This document shows positions 40,831-55,403 of a stretch of 64,000 nt of DNA, piece by piece. The stretch spans positions 4,791,192-4,855,191 of the forward strand of contig CM119265.1 in the NCBI GenBank assembly GCA_051294375.1, written 5' to 3'. The position numbers and the translations under genes were made by a program. Source of the stretch: Paraspadella gotoi. Taxonomy: Eukaryota; Animalia; Chaetognatha. How positions within the stretch are numbered: position 1 is the first letter of the stretch; every line of letters begins with the position of its first letter. Below the pieces are notes generated by a model. It worked only from the letters and a program-made list of their open reading frames with translations, was not told the origin of the DNA and made no database searches.

Positions 40831-41288
40831 GAGGGATGTGTTGCCTTCGTCAATTTACGAATTCATTATTTTATTATTATTGTATTGATTAGAAAAGAGG
40901 CAGTGACTTATTTTTTAGTCAAGTTCTTAATTTGTATTTTTTCTTTGCCTCTCTTCCACTCTCCTCTCTTCCCATCTATTTCTTTTTCTTTTTTCCTCCC
41001 TTTTCCTGCTATTCCTTCTCTCCTTTTTCCTCTTACCTCTCTCCCACTCTTATCCTTTCCTCCCTCCCCTTTATATCTCCACCCTCTCTTCTTTCCCCCT
41101 CTCTCCCCCCTCCTTCATTCTTTTCCTCGTTTTGGTTCCGAACGCATTTGTCTTTTGTTTTTCTCTTTTTTTTTCGGGTCTCGAATCGAGTTTCGACGCT
41201 TAATGGAATTCATGAAACAAAAGACGCTCGGTCGGGCGTCGACGCCTTGTTGCTTCACTCGCGTATTTCGCTTCCGGTTTCAGCCACG

Positions 41289-41364
<76 letters not shown>

Positions 41365-41418
41365 TATGATTCTCTGTTCCTTCCTCCTCTTTTATCTCTT
41401 CCTTCTCCCATTTTTTCG

Positions 41419-41506
<88 letters not shown>

Positions 41507-41562
41507 CTCTCTGTTTCTTCCCCTTTTCCAACGGAGGCAACATGTGAGCGTGAGTCACGGCG

Positions 41563-41594
<32 letters not shown>

Positions 41595-42260
41595 TCAACT
41601 TCTCATCGACCTAAATCCGTCAGCCTCTGATCCCCAACGAGAGCGGCTCGCAACAGATGAGCTAACGCCACTCTCACTCATGCCACCTCAACCCTTGCCC
41701 AGACGCCACACCCACCAACATGACCCGCCATTACTTTAGACACCATCGCCACTACTCAAGTCGCCATTTTCTCTGCCATCTTCTCTCGACATCTTCTGAA
41801 AATTGCCAGTTTCGGCAACGCTGAAATAAAAGCCATATCTATGGATATCACTGGACGTTCATAGTATTGAAATTTATACCGTCGATGCCATCAACGCCAT
41901 TAAATTCCACTCGCGTCATTTTTCCACGAGAGAAAAACCGCGTCGTAGTCAATTTACAAGAATTAATAACTGACTAACCAATTTCCTAGTATTAATTCAT
42001 ATTTTTTTCTTTTTCCTCGATCTCATTATAATTGTAAATATCAATGGGTCGATCAGATCGGAGCGATGGTCTTCGATAATCTGACCCCCATTCTCCCCTT
42101 TCCCCTTTTCAACCCCCTTCAGACCCCACCCACCCTTCCACCCATCATTGCGGACCGCGAATAATATTCCCCTCTTCACTCGTTCTCTATTTAATCCATT
42201 GGATCAGCCTTTCCCTCTCTTTCTAACTCATTCTAAGTCTTTCAGCTCGCAATATCCAAT

Positions 42261-42369
<109 letters not shown>

Positions 42370-42641
42370 CTCTCGCTTTTTTCCTTCAATTCCACCGCAG
42401 AAAGGGATTAATTTTAATTTTGCCCAAATTACGTGGGTTTTTGTTTGCCTCTACCGAATTCCGTGTTTACGGTTCCATTTTTCGTGACAGAGTCGGAGCG
42501 GTCGGTCGCACGAGAAAATGAAAGAAGAACGAGAGAGAGGGAGTCATTTTAGCGAGAATGAGAGCGAGCTAAAAAAAAAACTCACTGATGAAATTTAAAA
42601 TTCAGGCTCGGTCTGTTGCGATATCTTGATGTAGCGTGCGC

Positions 42642-42768
<127 letters not shown>

Positions 42769-43513
42769 AATGCACGTCGCGGTTTAATTATTCATCGTGA
42801 ACTCAGCATAACGTTCATGTTTTCCACCGTCGACGGACGACGAACCGATTCCATGTTTCGCGGGCCGCGCATCCCACTCCGCCACCCCCTCTACCCTTCC
42901 ATTCCCTTCTCCACCGCCTTATCCCACTCTCTCCCATCTCACAAAATAATTTCGGGGAGAGAATCCAGTTTCCCGGATGCAAATTATCCCGCGCTGCGTT
43001 TATTTGCAGACGAATTTTAAAATTTTTGTCAAAAAAAAAAATGTGAGCGGAAAACGGCCCGAATGTGGGGAGGGGATATGAGGAAAAGAGATCCTGTGAA
43101 ACAGATGACGTGTCTTCAAATAATGCAAGAGTTTTTTATACATATTTTTAGAGAAATATTGGTTTCCGCGTATAAATTAGGTCATCTTGTTTAATCCTGT
43201 CATTGAAATCTTGCGTTTGGAGGAATCAGAAATGTATTGAGAGGAATAAAAGAAATGAAATAAAAAGAAAAGGAGAAAAAAAGTAATAAATGAACAAAGG
43301 GAGTAAGGAACGAAAGTAGAAACGGAGAAAAGGAAAATAAAAACTAAAAAAGGAAGAAGTTAAGGATCGAATCGTCACACCAGATGTCGCTCTTCCTTTA
43401 TATATTGCGCCCCGGAAAAAAAAAGGAGAAAAAAAGCCCAGACGTTCCGCGGCCACGAATGTTTGCTGGCGCCGCCACGAGTGTTTGCCGAATCTCGCCG
43501 CACAATATTTGAG

Positions 43514-43595
<82 letters not shown>

Positions 43596-44094
43596 GAGAT
43601 GTGAGAGATAAAGCTTTTTCCTCAATGAAAAGAAAGAGTTATGTTCTTGAAACATTAGAGAGACGGTCTGGAATAATAACGAGAAAAAGGTTCTTTAACG
43701 GAAATGAAAAGTTGTTCCACAGAGAAAAGGAAAAGTTCCTGAACCGGCAGAGATCGACGAAAAAAAAGCATTTATGGCAAAATATATGGGTATGAGAAAG
43801 GCGTTCGTAATTATTTGGGCTAAATTACAAAAAGATGTATGAAAATTGAGAAAAAACTATATGAAATTGTGATTTATTCTCTGCGCAAAGCTTTTTATCA
43901 ACTATTTGCTTTATTGCTGCTTTATTCGATGTAATTCTGGGCGAACTTCGTTTATTGGATAAAAGAGAAAATGTTTTTCTCTCCTTTTTAGAGTGAGAAA
44001 GAAGATCTTAGTTCTTTTTATTTCTCCTTCTTTTTCTTCCCAGAGAATTTGTTTATTCTCTCTTCTCTCTTCCTTTTTTGTTTGACTTTATCTC

Positions 44095-44213
<119 letters not shown>

Positions 44214-45122
44214 GTGGCTTCATTTCCGTTGGAAATCTTCCAATTGCCGTAGATTCGCTGTGTCAAAAAAACTCCACCGCACCGTTTTTTTTTTCTGTCT
44301 TGTTCAAGTCTTAAAAAGCAAAAACTTTACACTTCGTCTTAAATGAGACAAGACTTTTTTTGAATTAAGTATTTTTACTTCTCTTATTCATCTTCGTTTG
44401 TGTCCTGTAAACAGATTTAACCAAAATGGCTTTCGCTTTGTTCCTTCTTGTTTTTTTCACTTCCCTATTTTTTTTTGGTGGAGAATCCATCGATTGTTCC
44501 CGCTGCAGGCTGCAGCTGTGTCTCGCACGGCTGCTGCTGCAGCTGCTCGGTGCTGCGTCTGATTTCTGACTCCGTCGGCGCCAGAAAGGAGGAGTTTAAA
44601 CGTCGATGGAATCTTCGTCTGAAGACCGGAAGTGGCGCCTTAGGTGGCGGTGGGTGAGACAATCGTGGATGGGTGGGTGAGGGGGAGTAGATGTGGTGAA
44701 GTGAGGGTGACCACATTGCGGGCGCATGCGTCGATCAAGAACTTGTGGCGACGAAAAGATTTAAGGTTTAACAATCCTAATCAACTCCCAACGAAATAAA
44801 CATTTCTATCCGTCTCTCCGCGATTAACTTTCTACGTTCCACCGATGAAGCTCTTTCACCATGGCGCCGTTTCGAGAATCTATCTCATTACATTTTCTCT
44901 CCTTTAATTTTGGTTCTTTCATCACCCTTTTTCCCCGCACGCTGTTTCTTCTCTCCCTCACCCCGTCCTATCGCCTTCCATCTCACTCACCCTTTTCACT
45001 CACATGTACCCACCCGACTTCTCACAGTCCCTTTGCTTCTTCCTCCAAACGACGCGCCGACGCGGAAGCGCCGCCAGGAAATTAGTCTCTTCCTCTTTTT
45101 TTCTTTCTTTCCTCCTTTTTTT

Positions 45123-45192
<70 letters not shown>

Positions 45193-45961
45193 ATTTTTCA
45201 ATGAATAGAATCGAATGAAAGAAAAGGAAAAAGAGAAGAAGGAAGAAAGAAAAGAGAAATTAAAGAGAATCTCGGAGATAATTAGACGAAAGCGGTCGGT
45301 CGTTCGGTCGGTAGGTCTAGAGCGATGCTGTGATCGTCGCCGCCGATGAGAAGAAAAACGACGCGGTTGCGCTTTTGTTCCGCAGAATCTCCTTTTGTCT
45401 TTTTCCTTCTTTTTTTTTTTTTTTGCACTTTTCTTTTCTCTTTTCTCTTATAATTTTTTTCAGTCTTCTCATTTAATTTTCCTCTATTTTTTTTCTCTCT
45501 CCGTCTTTTTAACCATTTCTTTTCTCTATTTTTTTCCTCTATTGTCCTTCGTACCCCACGTCTTTTCTCTCTCTTTCCCGCGCGTAAACTTTTTTCCGCT
45601 TCATCTTTTTTTTCCATGGGTTGGGGAAACCGAGGCAAAAGGGTCTTTTGTTTTTTACCGTTCTCGTTTGTTCGTGGACCCGGATGTAATTCGACTTTAA
45701 CGACTTCTGGCACCGGATGTTCGCGTTTTTGGGCTACCATAGAACGCAACCCCAGACTTCCTCTCCACCGACGGGCGTCTGTAGGAGAAAAACGACGATA
45801 AACTCCGTCGCGCAGAGAAAACTGAAGAAAAAAAAAACTTTTTAAAAATGGTTTTTTGGGGTTTTTGGGTTTTTGGTAAAATTTTTAACGAGGCTCTCTC
45901 TTCGCGTCGTTTATTCCCGGGAGAAATGAAGAAAAGGAGAAAATGGGAAGCGTAAACTAAG

Positions 45962-46063
<102 letters not shown>

Positions 46064-46325
46064 CTCTCTTTTTTACTATGAAACTTTCGCTGTCGATATT
46101 TAATTTTTCGCTTCGTCGAAGTTCTGAGCTCAACGAAGCGAACCCAAACTTTTTATTTTTATTTTTATAAATCGAAGTTTTTTATTTATTTTTTTTTTCC
46201 TCGTGCAGCCATGTTTTCGCATTTTCGCGGTCGATGGCGCGATCAACCGGAAATAACCGGTTGCCGTGACGACGGCCACGCCCCTCGCCAAGGCCGACAC
46301 CTGCGCCGATGATAAAATAGTTGCG

Positions 46326-46442
<117 letters not shown>

Positions 46443-48289
46443 CTACCCCTCCCGATTTTATCGAGGAAAAGTTGAGTTACGACGACGATAATTCAAACAA
46501 CAGCGTCTGGCTCGCCACCGGAATCGTCGCCGTCCTGCCGACGCCTTCCCCTTGCGCTCGGAACTTCCCGATATTTTTAATGTCCGCAGATTAAAGAGAT
46601 TAACGTTTAGTTAGCGCCACTATCTCCCAACTCTTTCGTAGCTCTCTTCGCGCGCCTGTTGCGTAAGCCTGTTGCTTCAAACGTTTGCGTCTCTCCATCA
46701 GCCAGAGACAATTAGGTTCCATTATGATCTCGATGGTCCTTTGTTTTCATAGATTCACCATTCGTTTCCGCAATCGCTGATCGCGTTCACTATTTTTTTT
46801 TTTCACGGGGAAGAAAAAAACGGAGGCAAAGATCGTTAAGAGGAAGAATCCATTTGCGGGAGAGAGAATCTTTTTGAAGCTCATCGGCTTTCCTTTTTTC
46901 TCCCTTTCCCTAAACCACCTCGACACTCCTCCCTCTGAACAAAGAAATAGCGAAAACAAAAACAGTTTTCAAAAAAAAAAAATCATCATTTCTCTCCCAT
47001 CTTTTCTCTTTTTACAACGTTTCCGCCGGAATTAACCGCCCCTATACTTTAAGTCTTCACACGCCCGGCTGGGAGGGCGTTAAATCTCTCTCCTAGTCCT
47101 CTCTTCTCGTGCTCTCGTCTCCTCTTCTCTCAATCCTCTCTCTCTCCTCTTCATCTCCTCGATCTCTTCTCTCACTCTCCTCGTTCTCTTTTCNNNNNNN
47201 NNNNNNNNNNNNNNNNNNNNNNNNNNNNNNNNNNNNNNNTCGTTGTCAATTTTATTTTAGGTTTTTGAAGCACGAAATAAAAAATAAAAAAAACTGATTT
47301 GAATGTAAAAGAATTTATCATGTTATTTGGTTCCCATTTTCTTTTTTACAAAACCTGGTCTCTCCGGGTTTTTAGATTTAAATTGATGAATAAGTAAATT
47401 AACATGTCCCTACCATTCGTTTGTTTTCTTTTTTGTACCTTTTATCTCCGTAGGGATTCTTTTCACGATCCTAAAGACGAGAGGGAAAAAAGTATAAAAA
47501 AAAAAGAATGGAGAAAGAAAGAAGATAATCCTTATCTTTTTTTATCCTCATTCTTAACCAGTTTGGGCCAAGACAGGAATTATTCTGAAGAACTGAGGGA
47601 TGGTGAAATAAAAAGAGAGGAAGATAAAAAGACAGATATAAAAAGAAAGAGTGAGAGAGAGAGAGAGAGACTATGATGAATCTTTTTCCTTCTCCCTACG
47701 CTCGACGAGAATTCTTAAGAAGGTCAGCCGAAGGAAAAAAGAAAAAAAAAGTATCTCTGTCTCTTTCTTTGGAACCGAGTTTTTGCTTGAACCGAGTTTT
47801 GATGGAAATATCCGATGGAATTCGATGCTTGTGGGTGGAAGAGCCACAGGAGCTAGGTCCCGTCTCCTTCTCCCACGCCCAAAAGTTTGTCAGTTTCAAC
47901 GAGAAAAAAAAATTAATTTCTTTTTGTAAATTTTCGTTTCAATTTTTAATCGGATACAAAAATATTAAATTTCGCGAAATTTTTTCGCAAACTTTGTTCC
48001 TTCGGCAGCGTATTTGTGTAGACTGAATAGACCCGACTTCGACCGATATATCTTTGGAGTAGAACTGACACCGACGATCGGCGCCAAAGTGAAATCGGAT
48101 TTGAAGGATCGAAAGCGATAAGAATTTGAATTTCGAGGTCGGGAATTTCATTCTAAATTCAGTCTCTTCTTCTTCCCTTTCGGAATTAACTCACTTTTCA
48201 ACCTACTTTTTTATAAACCTTCGTTAATCGCTTTTTATTTCTTGTTAGATATCGAATTCTCGGCTCTAACCCTTCGTATTACTTTTTTG

Positions 48290-48393
<104 letters not shown>

Positions 48394-49010
48394 CTCATCT
48401 CTCATATTCCCAGTTCGTAGGACAAAAATTCAATATTTGCCTTAATTATTATTTCCTTTCTTCCCCCCTTCGCGTTCAATGAGAAAATGTCGCGATTTTC
48501 TTTCTTTCTTTTTTATCATTTCTTTTCTGTTTTCCTCTCTTCGTTTTCCATTCTTGTTTTATCTGGAACTTTTTCTTTCGATTTTCTTTTTCTGCGGNNN
48601 NNNNNNNNNNNNNNNNNNNNNNNNNNNNNNNNNNNNNNNNNNNNNNNNNNNNNNNNNNNNNNNNNNNNNNNNNNNNNNNNNNNNNNNNNNNNNNNNNNNN
48701 NNNNNNNNNNNNNNNNNNNNNNNNNNNNNNNNNNNNNNNNNNNNNNNNNNNNNNNNNNNNNNNNNNNNNNNNNNNNNNNNNNNNNNNNNNNNNNNNNNNN
48801 NNNNNNNNNNNNNNNNNNNNNNNNNNNNNNNNNNNNNNNNNNNNNNNNNNNNNNNNNNNNNNNNNNNNNNNNNNNNNNNNNNNNNNNNAAAAAAGATAAA
48901 AAAGGAAAAAAAAGGGAAAAAAGGAAACGGTGTCTTTTGAAGAGACTTTCTCCGCAGTTATCTTTTCTAAAGGTTCTCTTTTTAAAGGGGAAGTTGTCTA
49001 GAACTCTCTT

Positions 49011-49090
<80 letters not shown>

Positions 49091-49788
49091 CCGTCTGACA
49101 CTTAGAGAGAAAAGTATCGAGTTGCACGAGTGTGAGAGAATCAGGTACAGATGCAAACAGCAGCTGTCGATGCTTCTAAACTCACCNNNNNNNNNNNNNN
49201 NNNNNNNNNNNNNNNNNNNNNNNNNNNNNNNNNNNNNNNNNNNNNNNNNNNNNNNNNNNNNNNNNNNNNNNNNNNNNNNNNNNNNNNNNNNNNNNNNNNN
49301 NNNNNNNNNNNNNNNNNNNNNNNNNNNNNNNNNNNNNNNNNNNNNNNNNNNNNNNNNNNNNNNNNNNNNNNNNNNNNNNNNNNNNNNNNNNNNNNNNNNN
49401 NNNNNNNNNNNNNNNNNNNNNNNNNNNNNNNNNNNNNNNNNNNNNNNNNNNNNNNNNNNNNNNNNNNNNNNCCCCCCGACTTCTCACCCTGGGTCTAAAT
49501 TGAGAGTCGAGGTGAGATTCGATTTCGTTCGGAACCAAACGTGAAAGCCGACCGTGTCCCGTGGAATTTATAAATAACATGGCTTACATTCTGCTGTAAA
49601 ATTTGAGTTAAATTTACAAAGGAAACCGAAAAAGTCAAGCGGCCTACCTTTACGACCGTTGTAAAAAAGGGCCGGTTATCAAATTTTATGACATTTTTTC
49701 TCTTTAATTTTAATGGAGTTTCTACGTGATGAAAACGAAATTTTGGATCTTTACTACCGATAGATATCTATTTATTCTTAAGAAAGAG

Positions 49789-49826
<38 letters not shown>

Positions 49827-51486
49827 AAAAAACTAAATTAACAAAGATAGATCGTTCACTCAAAGAAGCAAAAAGTTACTGTTGCCCGAGCGAAAATGAG
49901 GTCGTAGATCAAAACAGTCTCCATTAACGATCGATCATTTACGGAATGAGCGAATATATTTTTTCCGTTAATTCGAATCTCGTTATTTTGCTCAATTCAG
50001 AAATTTTTCGTTCGATCGATCAAAACCAGTTTTTCATTTTAGTGTCCCCTTTTGAAAACCGACTTGGCGCGCTTTAAGAGAGAGAGANNNNNNNNNNGAG
50101 AGTGTGATGAGATATAAATTTCAAGCATTTCCCGATATTCTCTTCTTCCAAAGCGATTGTCGTACAATGATTAATCTCTACGTATGTCAAAAATCTGGTC
50201 GGACACGCTGATCAGAGCGATCAGCTTGTTGTCTCGACGCATGACAGGTTCAATTACGTATTAAATAACCGAACCGTTCAGAACTGGCTCCCCACGATTC
50301 AAAATATCTATTATACAAATAACGTGGTCAATTCCTTCTCCATCCCCTCACTCTCCCCGTTGCTCCAAAGTGGCTACATCTTATATTTCCTGGGATCTTT
50401 ATTTGCTCTATTAATTCCCCTCCCTTTTATTCACGTCGTTTTTCCTCTCTTTTTTTTTTACTGTATTTACTTTTCATTTCGGCCCCGACATACTTTTTTT
50501 CGCATTAATCATTTCATAAATGTTCGCTATCTCGTTCAGATTATTTTTTTTTTCTTTTTCATCCAAAATTGGTTTTCTCGTTCGTTTTATCTCGAGTTCA
50601 TATCATCTTTCTTTGAACAATTTCCATCCTTTCTTTTCGCGTATGTAATTTTTTTTTTTCATCTTTTCCTATTTTCATATCATTCCGTTACAGCTGCTCC
50701 GTGACAGTTGACAGGTCGGCTCAACGTCTTCCATTTCATTTCACCCCCCCNNNNNNNNNNNNNNNNNNNNNNNNNNNNNNNNNNNNNNNNNNNNNNNNNN
50801 NNNNNNNNNNNNNNNNNNNNNNNNNNNNNNNNNNNNNNNNNNNNNNNNNNNNNNNNNNNNNNNNNNNNNNNNNNNNNNNNNNNNNNNNNNNNNNNNNNNN
50901 NNNNNNNNNNNNNNNNNNNNNNNNNNNNNNNNNNNNNNNNNNNNNNNNNNNNNNNNNNNNNNNNNNNNNNNNNNNNNNNNNNNNNNNNNNNNNNNNNNNN
51001 NNNNNNNNNNNNNNNNNNNNNNNNNNNNNNNNNNNNNNNNNNNNNNNNNNNNNNNNNNNNNNNNNNNNNNNNNNNNNNNNNNNNNNNNNNNNNNNNNNNN
51101 NNNNNNNNNNNNNNNNNNNNNNNNNNNNNNNNNNNNNNTGTTTTCATTTCTGCCACTAATTAAACGCGAGTGTTTTTTTTTTGAGATGGTAGCGAAGGAC
51201 GACGGGTTTTAAACGGCCGATTAGGAAAGAGAAAATATATTCGGTCAATTGTTACAGAAATACATACATACAGAAACACAGAAATATATATATAAAATTA
51301 TATATCGTTTTAAAAGTGAAGGATCTTGAAAGCTGATTGTTGATTCTCGAAACGAGTGAAAAATTTGATTTCGCTCAGAGAGACGATTATTCCTCGTTTA
51401 ACCTTTATTTCTTTTTCTAGTTTTAAAATTATTCTGTAAAACTTGATACAGAAACTTATCCATTTCCTTTTCTCCACTCTCTGCAG

Positions 51487-51592
51487 GTCAGTGCCGCGTT
51501 TCGCTCGGGATGCAGAGCGGCAACATTCCCGATGACGCCATCGCCGCGTCGTCATCCTACGACTCGGCGTCGGTCGGGCCGCACAACGCCAG
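51487..51592 (+). CDS. Ddr: Internal exon encoding the start of a discoidin (F5/8 type C) domain, discoidin domain receptor family
   Basis: A polypyrimidine tract and ctgcag acceptor (51481-51486) precede 106 nt, phase 1 to phase 2, with donor AG|gtcagt. The translation (G)QCRVSLGMQSGNIPDDAIAASSSYDSASVGPHNA(R) fits the C-x3-LGM-x-SG-x-I-x-D-x2-I-x-ASS start of discoidin domains. The VGP-x-NAR ending resembles invertebrate DDRs (recognised from memory, not searched). Confidence 0.88.
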
Positions 51593-53582
51593 GTCAGTCA
51601 GTCAATCAGACAATCGTTTATCACTTATATAACGTCTTTACCCAGCCAAGTGATTCCTTTTTTAACTAATATACTAAACTTAAACTTAAAACCGCTTGGC
51701 CGGGCAAGATATAACAGTAATTTTATTGGTATTTTTCCTGCTTCCGGTTTCTTTTATTCTTTTCATTCAAATGCGAAAATCGATTTGAAATCCGATTATT
51801 CAATATTAAAGAGGATTTCTAGGTCGCGCGACTCTTATTTTTATCACCCAAGAAAAATGACAATCGATTTTTTTTCCTTCTCTTTTATCTTTCCTTTTAT
51901 GACCACCTGTTATCTTAGTTTTAGAACGAAATATATGTAATATAAATCGAAGCCAAATCTTATTTTCCCCGCTTGAAAGTAATTTTCTTTCGAGTTGCCC
52001 TCCCCCCNNNNNNNNNNNNNNNNNNNNNNNNNNNNNNNNNNNNNNNNNNNNNNNNNNNNNNNNNNNNNNNNNNNNNNNNNNNNNNNNNNNNNNNNNNNNN
52101 NNNNNNNNNNNNNNNNNNNNNNNNNNNNNNNNNNNNNNNNNNNNNNNNNNNNNNNNNNNNNNNNNNNNNNNNNNNNNNNNNNNNCCCGCCGCGTTTATCC
52201 CAGTTAATTATCTCTATCCAGTTTGTTAATTTCGTTGTCTTCTCTTCTCCTGGGGTTTTCTCGCTTCGTTCACATTTGTTTTTAACCTTTTTTCGACTGT
52301 AAAACAGGTTTAAGATTGATTTCATATCAAAAATGTTTTTTTTTTTTAAATGTAAAACAATATAAAGTTTTAATGCTTCATATATTAGGAAAGATTCCAG
52401 CAGGATAGCGAATTAGTTAAAAATCATAAACAGGCCCCGAGGTCGGACTTAACCGTAGACGTAGTTCATAATAAGGTTTAGTGTTCTCTCTAATTAGAAA
52501 ATAGGATTTACTCGTCCCAATTTTCGAGAATGAGTTCTTGCCACATTACCCCTTTTGTCAAAATATAAATTTCTTTAACTCGAAGCGAACATCCTGAATT
52601 AACTATTGCCCCCAATTATATATATTTTTTTTTGAGGCTTGAATTATTGTTTTCGTTTCGAACATCGGTCGATCATTAATATTCTTTCCTCCTTTTTTTT
52701 GTCTTTTCGGTTGTCAATTTTAAATTTGTTCTTCATTCCGAAAAAATGTTTCGCTATTTACGTCACTTTTTATAAAAAAAAAATTAACCAAAAAAAAAAA
52801 CGGACTCTTCCCAATTTTTTTAGGTGTCGTTCGTTTTCTCGTTTCCCCTTTTAATCTAATTTACGCAATTCTTATCCATTTGCTCTTCAATTATATTTTT
52901 TTATCTTTTCTCATTTTTTTCGTTAGAAATTTTCCCCGTCGAAATGAAAAGGATTTTAACGAAGCAGGCGCCTGGCAAAAGGTGTCAATTGCCGGCATCG
53001 AATTACCGTCTTCTTCTTACGTAGTTTCTCTCTTTCTTTTTTGTTTTATTTTTTTATTTTCCTTTTTTATAATCGCCCCCAGAAATTTTTGGGGGTTAAA
53101 ATCGTCTGGATCCGAATGGGTTGATGGGGTGGGGGGGGGTTGTCTCACGGGAGATGAGGTTTCCGCAGAGCGAGACCTTTTGGTTCAATATTAGAAATTT
53201 ATTAAAATAAATAAAGGGAAAGAAATAATTCGTGTCGAAAACACAATTTTTGCAGTATGCAAATGAAACTTTCCTACCCTGTCGGAAACCTGCCGACCTT
53301 GAGTTAATTCGATTTTTAAAAAAGCTGACGACGAAGACAATGAAAATGATGATGATGATGGTGATGATGATGATAATCACCAGTGAAAGTAACGTTTACT
53401 TTTCAAATTAACTCCAGAAAGGCCATCTTGTCTCGACTAATTTGAAAATGCGTAAATATTACTTTTTATGGATACTTTTCGAAATATTTTTATTTTTTAC
53501 GATCGTTTTTCTCGACGTTTCTCGAGGCTCACCGCCCCTTTTTAAAAAAAGAACATAGAGACATATATGGCTTTTTTTTCTT

Positions 53583-53616
<34 letters not shown>

Positions 53617-55179
53617 GTCTCATCTCTCTCTCTCTCTCTCTCGTCTCTCTCAATAATCTCTTTTCCGACCTTCTCCTTCTGCCCTGGCCGATAACCCGAA
53701 CGCGTTTCGTCTTTTCAAGCAAATTTCTTATCGGCATAGTGGAGAAGAGAAAAGGGCGCCGTCGGCGCCGGCATCCTAAAAAGACGGCGAGAAGCGAACG
53801 CCGGTCTCCTCGGGGGCGGCGCTGTTTTCTTTAGTGATGGCGCCGCTTCCGTTTTCATGAGACGCCGCTAGAGACACAACCTTTTTTTGTGTCTGGTCTC
53901 GGTGAGCCCCGCCTTGATGCTTTTTTGTTGTCACCGTAAACCCCTTGATTCCAACCCTATCTCTTCACGCATTGTGATCCTCACTCCATCGAGTTCTTAC
54001 TTCTCTCCTTACCTTCTCTTTTCTTTTTCCCTATTCACTCTTCCCCTCTCTTTTCTACTCTCTGCATTATCCAGTATCCACCCTTTTTCCTCGTCAAATT
54101 TTCTATCTCGGTCGGTAATTCCCTCGCGTCCCGACGCCTTTTCTATTTTTATTCCCGTCTTTCTCTTCTCTTACTTTTCTTCCCCTTCGACTCCCCTACC
54201 TGTCTTTCACCTTCCCCTTCCTCTCTCTCGTCTCGGTTCCTCTTCTTCTCCGCCCATTTTGCCTTTCTCTCCCTCCTCCTCTTCACTCTCTCTCTTTCCG
54301 CTTCGATGGAAAAATGAAATGAAATTGGAAATTGGAAATAAACCGGTCGATTTGTGTGAAGTGAGATTTGTGAATTCAGGATTCAAAAAAAAAATTTTTC
54401 GATGGCGTGGGTGTCAAATTAACATCTTTCAGAATTAGTTATAAAATTGAGGGATTTTTAGTCTCAAGAAACGTGTGAGAATGGGGTCGTTGCCCGTTAA
54501 GTCCAGTGAGCAGAATCGTTCACAAGTCGCCATTCACCTCGAGACCTTATCTCGGATTTGAATTTCGTTTTGGCGCGAATTTCGAAGGGAAACCGAGAGG
54601 CTCTCGACATCTGAGAGCGAAATCTGAGCGACTTAGAGACGCGAAGTGAAAGTGGGGCAGTGTGGCGCGAAATGGAGACTCTCCGAGCGGAGGCGCGGGG
54701 GGGGGGGAAAGAGATTTTTGAAAAGTGGGTTGCTACTCTCGTCTGAAAATTATCCTGGCGCCAGTGGCTGAGGGTCACTGGAGGTTAACCGCTTCGTTCG
54801 ACGTCGAATTAAATTTAAAATCCGGTACAAGGAAGGAAAAAAAAATTTGAATTCACGCGCCGTATAAATTCTTTCAATCTTTTTTTTTTTTATTTCTTTT
54901 CCCGTCTTCTTTAATACTTAGTCTACCTTGGCTTATTCTCTCCTTCTTGAACTCTTTGTAGCTATTTTTTTTTTTATTTCTCGATTTTTATATTTTCGTT
55001 TTAATTTTATTTTTTAGTCTTTTTTTTTTATTGCGACCTTTAATTTTATTTTCTCTTTTTCTTTCGGATTTTTATGACTTTTCTTCAGTTTTGATTAGAA
55101 TCGAACGTTTGTTCTCTTGGGAGGCGGAAAGGAAGGAAGAGTTATTTTCAATCTGAACGATTTCTTTTCTTCGCTTCCG

Positions 55180-55246
55180 CCCTCCGCCTCCGTCGCCGCC
55201 GCCGCCGCCGCCGCCTCCGTCGCCGCCGCCGCCGCCGCCGCCGCCA
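55180..55246. repeat. Interrupted (GCC)n microsatellite; another at about 39350-39380
   Basis: Read directly. It ends in gccgccattttc. Confidence 0.9.
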
Positions 55247-55332
55247 TTTTCCTCCCCAAGGTTTCGAGACGCCCCCGGTTTAATTCAGAAAAGAAAAAAA
55301 ACAGTCTCATTTCGATTCATATTCCGATAGAC

Positions 55333-55403
55333 AATTTTAAATACATAATTTAAATACACAATTTAAATACATAATTTAAATACACAATTTTACATACATA
55401 ATT
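55333..55403 (+). repeat. 13-bp minisatellite with alternating variants (aatttaaatacat / aatttaaatacac), about 5 units
   Basis: Read directly from the sequence. Confidence 0.85.

Noticed and set aside
40585-41547. Longest gap-free ORF in the track (320 aa)
   Set aside because: It has a non-ATG start and is made of pyrimidine-rich low complexity and (CT)n tracts, with no domain-like sequence.
52960-53020. AGAWQK peptide as the next discoidin exon
   Set aside because: It lacks the expected WCP motif and further domain similarity, and has no convincing acceptor.
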